Shown here one piece after another: positions 22,501 to 31,500 of a DNA stretch of 64,000 bases. The DNA comes from Eubacteriales bacterium (lineage in GTDB: Bacteria; Bacillota; Clostridia; Oscillospirales; CAG-272): NCBI GenBank assembly GCA_045589435.1, contig JAZNPB010000008.1, positions 21,478-85,477 of the forward strand, given 5' to 3'. A model generated the notes under the pieces. That model was not told where the DNA came from. It ran no database searches and worked only from the letters and a program-made list of their open reading frames with translations. Numbering within the stretch: the first letter of the stretch is position 1; every line of letters starts with the position of its first letter. The translations under genes were made by a program, and so were the position numbers.

Positions 22501-25500
22501 GCAAAGGCAGATATTGTTAAACCTAATATCACAGTTAATGCAACTTACGGTGACACCCTTGCAGATATTAAGTCCCAGCTTTCAAACTATGATAACGCAA
22601 ACGGAAACTGGACATGGGTAGATGCAGATACAACATCTGTTGGTGATCACGGACGAAATACGTTTAAGGCTAAGTTCACATCTACTGATAGTAACTTCAA
22701 CAGTATTGATGAATATCCAGTAACTGTAGTAGTTGCAAAGAAAGATATTTCCGGCGCAACAATAACACTTACAGGTCCCGCTCTCACATATACAGGAGCA
22801 GCGCAGACCCAGAACTACACAGTAGAGCTTGATGGATTTGCTACCTTCACTTACGATGATGATAACACTAACGTGGCTACCAACGCAGGTACACATACCA
22901 TCACCATTGCTGGTACAGGTAACTTTGATGGCGAAGTAACTAAGATCTTCGAAATCAAAGAAAAGACCATTACAGCTGATGATATAACAGTTAGTGAAAT
23001 CATCTATAATGGCGAAGAACAGACTCCTTCTGTAACAGTAGAAATCGATGGTATTATAGGCAGCATTACTTATGACGTGACCTGGAGCGATGCTACTGTT
23101 AAGGATGTAAGACCTGAAGGACGCTTGTATTCAGTAACAGTAACCGGTACTGATAACTTTGACGGTGTAGTAACTAAAGAGTTCAACGTTACACCTCTTG
23201 ATATTACAGAGAACGAAAACGTTGAAATATCTCTTGACAACAGTCTAACCTACAACAACGGAACAACTCTTATTCAGCAGTTTACTGTAAGAGTAAAAGT
23301 TGTAACAACCGAGGGTGAAAAGGTGCTTATTGTACCTTGTAATGTACTTGAAAAGACAAATGAAGTAAAAATAGCAGGCTCTCACACATTGCGTGTGGAA
23401 GCAAACGATGATAACTTCACAGGTACTGCGATAACGACCTTCAGCGTTGCAAAGGATAACTACGATATGAGCAATGTTCAATGGAGCGCATCTACGTTCG
23501 AGTACAATCAGACAGAAAGAGAAGTAACTATCGTAAGCGGTCTTCCCACAGGTGTAACTGTAACTGGTTACGAAAAGAATAAGGGAACTGTAAAGGGTGA
23601 TTACACAGCAACAGCAATTCTTTCCTATGATGAGCAGAACTACCATGCTCCTAGCGCAACTCATAATTGGAGTATCACAACAGCATATATCGAAATGCCT
23701 ACAAAGGGAACAACAAGCTTCACTTATGATGGAACCGAAAAGACGTTCTTCAGCCAGACCAGCACTTATTGGACTGCAACAGGAACTCTTAAGGCAACTG
23801 ATGCAAGTACAAGAAAGTATGTTGTAACAATTACCTTCAATGCAGCAGATATTGGTAGCTGTCAGTGGAAAAATGCAGAAACAGGAAAAGAAACTGCAGC
23901 ACTCACATATGAGTACACAATTTCTCCTCTTGATATTACAAACGCAACAGTAAATCTTGATACAAGTACACCTCTTGTTTATGGTGGTAACATGACTCAG
24001 AATGTTATCAGCATTACAAAGGATGGTAAAACATTCTTAGTTAAGGACGGAGAAGTAGTTAACTTCTTAATAAGCGGCAACGTAGCAGAAACAGCAGGTA
24101 TTCATCCATTGACTGTAACTGCAAACAACAGTAACTTCACAGGTTTTGTAACTTGTGACTTCAACGTTGCAAAGGATACCTTTGATATGACTGGTGTTCA
24201 TTGGAATTACTCCGGTACTCCGTTCGTTTATGCAAAGAATACAACTCATACGGTAGAACTCGTAGGTCTTCCCGTAGGCTTAACACCTGTATACAGTGGC
24301 GTATATAGCGCAAGCGAGTTTGGCACTTACACTGCAAAAGTAACGTTCACTTACGATACTGTAAACTATGAAAAACCTACCGTTGCAGATTGTGAATGGA
24401 AGATCAATCCTGCAGAAGACAATGTGGGAACATTCACACCTGGTACAACCTCTTGGACATACGGAGATACAGTTACCTATACAGCAACATCTACGTATGG
24501 AACACCTACAATTAAGCTCTATGACTCTGAAGGAACGCTTCTTGAAACCTTCACAGGAACAAACGGAACTGCAACAGTATCCATTGGTCTCGGTGCAGGT
24601 ACAGGCTATAAAGTAAAGGTAACCTACGAAACATCTGCTAACTGGAATGCTGTAGCAGACAAAGAAACTACCTTCGACGTAGCACCGTCTACAGTTTACA
24701 CAGCAACTGCAGATGCAATTACAGATGCAGTTTATAGAGATCTTCTCTTAAGCAAGAAGGAAATTCCTACCGGTAGCGCATCTATTGCCGGTACATGGAG
24801 CTGGACTAGTGCTAATGCTGAAACAACTGTTGGTGATTTCGGCACAAACACATTCTACGCAACCTTCGAACCTACAGATCCAAACTACGCAGTGAAAACT
24901 AATGTTCCAGTAACTGTAATTGTAGACAAGGCAACCTTCAATATGGATGGCGTTAAGTGGGATTACTCCGGTACACCATTCGTTTATGCAAAGAATACAA
25001 CTTATACGGTAAAACTCGTAGGTCTTCCCGAAGGCTTAACGCCTAAATACGGTGGTGTATGCAGCGCATCTGCAGCAACAGATGATCATTACACCGCTAC
25101 AGTAAGCTTCGAGTACGATGCTAGCAACTATTACGCTCCTGGAGAAATAGATGATCTCGAATGGAAGATTGACAGAGCTCCAGTAAATAGACCTGCAAAG
25201 GATACTACAGTATACACCTACGATGGAGTAACCACCCACGAGTATAAGATCGTGAAGAATGATGAATTCTACAAGATTGAAGGAACACTTTCTGCAATGG
25301 CGGGTGGCACTTATGAGATTACCATTACTCTCGCAGATGGCAATAACACAAAGTGGGATGATGGAAGTACAGCTTCTCTTGTATATGACTTCGTAGTAGG
25401 TAAGGGTACGAACGCATTCACTGGAACTCTTACTATGGAGGGCTGGGAACACGACTCTACTGCAACTACACCTTCTGGCATTACTGGTGCTAAGTGGGAT

Positions 25501-28500
25501 TACGATGCATCTAAAGTAAAGTATGAGTATCGTGATTTAGACGGTGAGTGGTATGCCGAAAGTGAATTCCGTCCAGAGAATGACAGTCCTTTTGGAACAT
25601 ATGCAGTTCGTGCATATATGGAAGGTAACAACAACTACGATAAGTTCTATTCAGATGAAGTTGAATTTGAAATTACCGTAAAGACAGTTACAATTCCCGA
25701 AATTAACGCAACACAGGAATATGTAGAAGACGGAGATAATTACCCAACTATTAAGGGTACCAACGACATATTTGCAGAGGGCGATCACGGTGATTATACT
25801 GTAGAATATGTAGAAGGTATTGGTACAAAAGTTGGAACAACCTATTACGTATATGTAACTCTTAAGGATACTGTAAATACTAAGTGGAGTGATGGTACTA
25901 CTGAACCTAAAACTCTCTCCTATAGACTTACAGGTACACCTGCAAATATTGTGGTTGACGATGGCAATGACAAGATCGTGGACGGTTGGACCTTTGGAGA
26001 GGAACCTGCTGATTATGCAGCGGTTATTAAGGCTCTCACAAAGGTTTACTTCAAGGGTGAAGAAGTTCAAGACTTTGCAATGTCACTTAAGTACTACACA
26101 AGCAATGATGCTAATGCTGTTGGTTCGACAGATGTTCCTCAAGACCACGGAACATACTACTTCAAGATAGTAGTGGCAGCAGGCGCAGGATACGATACAA
26201 CTGAAAGTGACTTCTATCAGTTCGAAATCGCTCAGGCTCCTCTTACCCTTGGAGCAGATGTTACCGGAATCACTATTGGTGGTGTAGAATACGGCACAGC
26301 TCTTGAAAGTGTAAGCGTTTCTAATAAGGTTTACTACTACGACGGAGAAGAGTACAAAGAAATCTCCGGTACATGGTCATGGGATTCCGATAGCGAAGAA
26401 CTCGGCGCAGTAGGAAACTACACACGCACTGCAATCTTCACACCTAGTGATGACAACTACGCTCCTCTCACAGTAGAAGACGTACAGATTACAGTAGTTC
26501 CCAAGACTATCACCGTAACAAACAGCAGCCCTGCTGAAGATAAGGATACCGATGATTATCTTGACCTTGAATTCAAGGAAAGCGGATACGTAGAGGCAAA
26601 CTTTACAACAGTTACATTCAAGTGGAACAACGAAGAAGTAACTCTTGTTAAGGGCGAAAGCGGTGATTACATTGTGACTGTAACTTACGCTGGCGGAACT
26701 GCAACTCAGTACACAAATGCAGGCGTTTACACAGTAATAGTAACTCTCATTCAAAATGCAGACGGCAGTTATAATTACAACTTCGGTGTAAAAAATGTCG
26801 AAGGAACACCTACACCTATTGTAACCCAAACGTTCGTATTCGAGATTGAGAAGGCAACGTTAACACTCACCAATGGATTACCCGAAAATGCAGATTGCAC
26901 TTATGGTGGTACTTACCATGATAAGGGCGCAAGCTACTTTGAAGGATTGGCAACTCTCACACATGGTACAAAGACCTTCACACCTAGTGTAACAATCGCT
27001 TACTCAACAGACGGTTCCACTTATGGTGATGAAAGCACAACTCTTACCATCGGCGATGTAGGATATTACAAGATTACTTACACATATACCGGTAATGGCA
27101 ATTATGCATACTTCTCTGGTGAGGTAAAAATTCAAATTACACCAGCGGAAGTAAGGGTTGAAACTCCTAAACATAAGGGTTCCTTCTACGAGGATACGTT
27201 TAACTTCCTTGATGATAAGAATGATCAACCTAAAGCATATGACGCTGTTACTGGAGTTGAGCTTGTAGGCGGAACATTCAGTTGTGTAAGCTTGCACTTC
27301 AATTCAGAAAACCCAAATAATAGCTATTACATGCTGTCCTATAATCCTAACAACGCTAACTATAAGTGTTCCACTAATTTTGAAGTTCCAGTTTCTCTCA
27401 TTACAGTTGCAACTCTTCAAAGAGGAACCGAACTTACTAAATACGGTAGTATTGCAAAAGCGTTGGCAGCTGCTACAACTAGCGGTGATAAGGTTTGGGT
27501 AATTCCTGATACAAGCGGTAACATTGTTATTGATACAACTGATGTAAGTAAGACTGTTACTGTTAATGCAGGAACAACCTTGATTCTTCCTTACGCTAAG
27601 TATAACGGTGGAAACGATGCGAATGGCACATACAGAAATAATAGCTATGTTGCAACACTTACAGGTGACGGACTTCCCAAGGATACCAATCTTAAGACAC
27701 TTGTAATTCTTGGTAACGGCGTAACACTTGAAGTAAAGGGAACTCTCCATATAGCAGGTGAACTTTCCGGTGGTAACGGCGGAGCTCATTATTCAAGTCA
27801 TACCAAGGGTAATTATGGAGAACTCAGACTTGGTACTGATTCAACTCTTATTATTCCTAAGGATGTGAACGGAAAGATTGAGTGCTACGGCTTCATAACA
27901 CCGCTTGGAGAAAATAACGGTAGTAAGGTTGAAATTAGAGGCGGTACACTTTATCAGCCATTCACTCTCCTTGACCACCAAGGTGGTACTGCTCTTTCCT
28001 CTATCAAAAACAAAATGAATAGCAACCATATTGCACCATTCTATGAGTATCAGTTCAGAAACGTTCAGACCGATGTTTCAATTCACTATGGCGGCAAGCT
28101 AACAGTTTATGCAAACATGGATGCAACTTTACCGTTAGTAAATACTCTTCAACATAATGGTACACTGGTATGTATGGTTGGCCACGAAAAAGATACCGAA
28201 ACTGATAAAATGCCAATGCTTCAGCTTACAAGTTCAGAGTCGTACCTTAACGCTAAATTTGATAAGACAACTGGAATTCTGGACCTTGATCTCTTTGGTG
28301 GAGCAAAGCTTAACAGCATGGTTATGACGATTACGTTTGGAACGGATATTCCATTGTCAACTGAAAGCGTATTCTTCCCATTATCATGGACCATGGATAT
28401 TTCTCTTAATCCTACTGAAGAGCAAAAGTCCCAAAATAGAATAGCGCAATATAACGCTCCTTATATGATGCAGCTTGCTTGGGGAGGCAAATTCACAGTT

Positions 28501-31500
28501 GAGAAGGGCGCCAAATTTACGGTAAAAGATTTGGTTATCCATGATAACTATGAAACTAATCACAATATAGGTCTTCAGGAATATGCAAAAGCCAGCCCTG
28601 ATAAAGTGACAAGTAGACAAGATGCGATGTTCATTCTTAGAGGCGAGCTTTTTGTAACAGACGCAATCGGCGGCAAAGTTCGTGCTGACACTCCCGGTGC
28701 AAAGATTATCGCAGCTAGCGTTTCCTGCGTTTGGTATAAAGTGACTAGTAATAAAGCTGCAACAGAAGCTCTTACTTATAATCTCTCACTCTGGAAGCAT
28801 AGCAAGAGTGATGAAACTATCACCTATACTCAGTCTGATGTATCTGCAGCTGCAGGTGTGATTGCTTGGTATAACGGAAACGATTGGGTATCCGGATCTA
28901 CAGATACCGGCTTTGATGTTGTTATCAAGTACGTTGGTATCAATTCCGATGGAACGGAAACGGAAATCAAGAGTGATTATCACCATACCTATGATATATC
29001 CACGCTTAGTACGATCTTTGCAAACACGTTTATTGATCTTTCCGATGCTGATGATGGTAACTATAAGTTCATCGGTTGGTACTTATGTAAAGGCAATAAC
29101 GGATTCACTGATGAATACAGAATAATTACCGATAGAATTAGTCTTGAAGAGCTTTATACAAAGCTTGCTGCTGACGGTTATAACAACGTTACTATCTACT
29201 GCGTAATGGCTAACCCATCTTACACATTTGAGTATGATGATGGAACTGATTCTACAGCAGATGATAGCACGGCAAAATATTCTGCAACTCAGCTTCCTTA
29301 TGCATCTCTTGTAACTCTCGATCAGTATGACTTTGATACAACGGTTTCAAAATATCATACTGGCTGGAAGCTTGTTGATGCTAACGGAAACGAAATTGCA
29401 ACATTCACCAGAACAGATGTTATCACATGGAGCGTACCTGATCTTGAAGATATAGTAACAGCATATCTTTCTTCTATAGAGTGTGTTGATAATAACTACA
29501 CCTTCAAGCTTGTTGCAGTATGGACAGACAAGACGGCTGTTACTGTAAATTACGGTGAAAATGTTATTGATCTTGAAAATACTGTAATCTATCTCAACCA
29601 TGCATTTGGTCAGAGTAGTTACGACGATCTCGCGGATCTTACAATGGGAGATACTGAATACGATAAGAGCCTTTACTCTAACGGATGGGAAACTCCCGAT
29701 GGTGTAACCGTTTCCGGAACGACTGTAACTATTACGTCAACTGCAAACGTAGAGATCAAGGCTAAATGGCTCAATAAGGTTGTTCTCACTATCTATTATG
29801 GTGAAAATAGTCTTGGCTTGTCCCCTGTAACTACTATTTATCTAAATACAAGCCAAAATCAGACGTCTTATAAGACCAGTGTTCTTGCCGCTAAGACTGA
29901 CTCTACCAAGGAAACATTCTTCAATGGTTGGAAGGAGATGAGCAACTGTACAGTTAATGCTGCCGGAGATATAATCAATGTAACTTCCGGAGCAACAGAA
30001 GCTTCTATTCTTGCCAATACATGGGGAGTTAAGGATTGTGTAACAGTTGAATACGGCAATAACAACTTAGGTCTTCCCTTATCTAAGATAATCTATATTA
30101 ATCCTGATACTAATTCTTGTGTTATCGATAACGTAAATGCAAATGATGCTAATGTTACCGTAATTAAGTACTTTGACACTTGGGTTGGATTTGCTCTTAA
30201 TGCAGATGGTACTTATACTTACACAACCGACACAGGTATAACAATTACTATCAATGGCAGAAACATCACACTTGGTGGCAGCCTGACAGACACTGTAGAT
30301 AACGTTATTATCACAGCAAAGTGGGGAGAAAAAGAAAATATCAAGTTCAGTGGAAACAACGGTCTTACCGGTGAGAGTAATGTTAGTGTTGACGTTGAAG
30401 GTTATGTAAGAACTAATACCAATGATAACTTTGTTGCAGATATACAAAAAATGTTGGCAGATAAGATCAAAGATCAGGCTAATATAAAGGATAGTGATCC
30501 TGATGTAAATCAGTATTTCTATGGTTTATCTTATAATGGCAAGACTTATAGTGAATACGATTCTGATAATCCTTATTCCAATATGGAGTATGTAGAAAAG
30601 GTTAACTCCATAACAGTTGAATGGACTGGCAAATATGAAGTAAAAGTTTCGTCAAGCAATGCTAATGTAACGGTTAATGGAAATTCAGTAAGCAATAACG
30701 GAAGTGTATATTTTAAGCCCGGTGACAAAGTTACAGTAAGTGTTAGTTACACTCAGACTGAAAAACAAACTACTACCATAACAGGCGCAGATAAGACTAC
30801 TTATACTTCTCCATTCGATATGCCTAGCCAAGCGGTTACAATTAGTGCTAGTAGCTCAAGCTGTATCGCAGCCGGAACACTCATCACCCTCGCAGATGGA
30901 ACACAGAAGAAGGTTGAAGATCTCCTTGACACTGATATTCTTCTCGTTTACGATCACGAGAGAGGAGAATACGTTGCTTCACCTATTGTATTCATCGAGA
31001 GAGACGGTTGGAATTACTACAACGTAATCTATCTTGAATATTCAAACGGTGTTACTAATAAGCTTATTTACGAGCACGCTATGTTCGACCTCACTCTTAA
31101 TACTTACGTATATATCACAGAGGCAAATTACCTTGATTACGTAGGTCACGAGTTCGCATACTTCAACGGTGAATCTATTGAAAGTGTGACTCTTGAAAAC
31201 GCATACGTTAAGAATGAGTACACAGGCTGCTTCAGCTTGGTAACAGCAGTTCATCTCAATTACTTCATTGATGGAATGTTCTCGATCCCAGGTGGTATTG
31301 AAGGCATATTCAACATCTTCGAGTACGGAGAGGACCTTAAGTATGATTCTGAACAGATGCAGAAGGATATTGAAACTTACGGACTTTACACTTACGAAGA
31401 TTTCGCAGAGTATGTTCCGGAAGAAGTATTCTATGCATTCCAGGCACAGTACTTCAAGGTTGCAGTTGGCAAGGGTATGATCACATTTGAAGAAATCATC

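Larger units (their letters stand above)
13960..27090 (+). repeat. Array of MBG/YDG-like beta-sandwich adhesin repeats (protein-level repeats)
   Basis: Alternating YGD-type (ATYGDTLGDLELP..W.W..VG.AG...F.A.F.P.D.NY) and YDG-type (TFEYDGEKHNV; VIYDGKEHGI; LTYTGAAQTQ; IIYNGEEQTP) units. Boundaries approximate. Confidence 0.6.

Noticed and set aside
18721-24930. Regularly recurring near-identical DNA repeats that might have been a CRISPR array or a noncoding satellite.
   Set aside because: The repeat units are 460-560 bp, in frame, and encode adhesin domains. There is no short repeat/spacer periodicity and there are no cas genes in the window.
13543-30447. Dozens of 60-340-aa ORFs on the minus strand and off-frame + ORFs inside the giant gene.
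   Set aside because: All are nested in one continuous 18.1-kb frame with a coherent repeat architecture. Their products are Cys/Val/Ile-rich nonsense, typical of antisense to Thr/Asn/Tyr-rich coding sequence.
30862-31284. A true protein-splicing intein.
   Set aside because: The domain is terminal. No C-extein with a +1 Cys/Ser/Thr follows in a host protein context. The penultimate-His/terminal-Asn pair is missing (the domain ends ..IDGMFS), and there is no homing-endonuclease insert. Only N-terminal cleavage or transfer chemistry is plausible.
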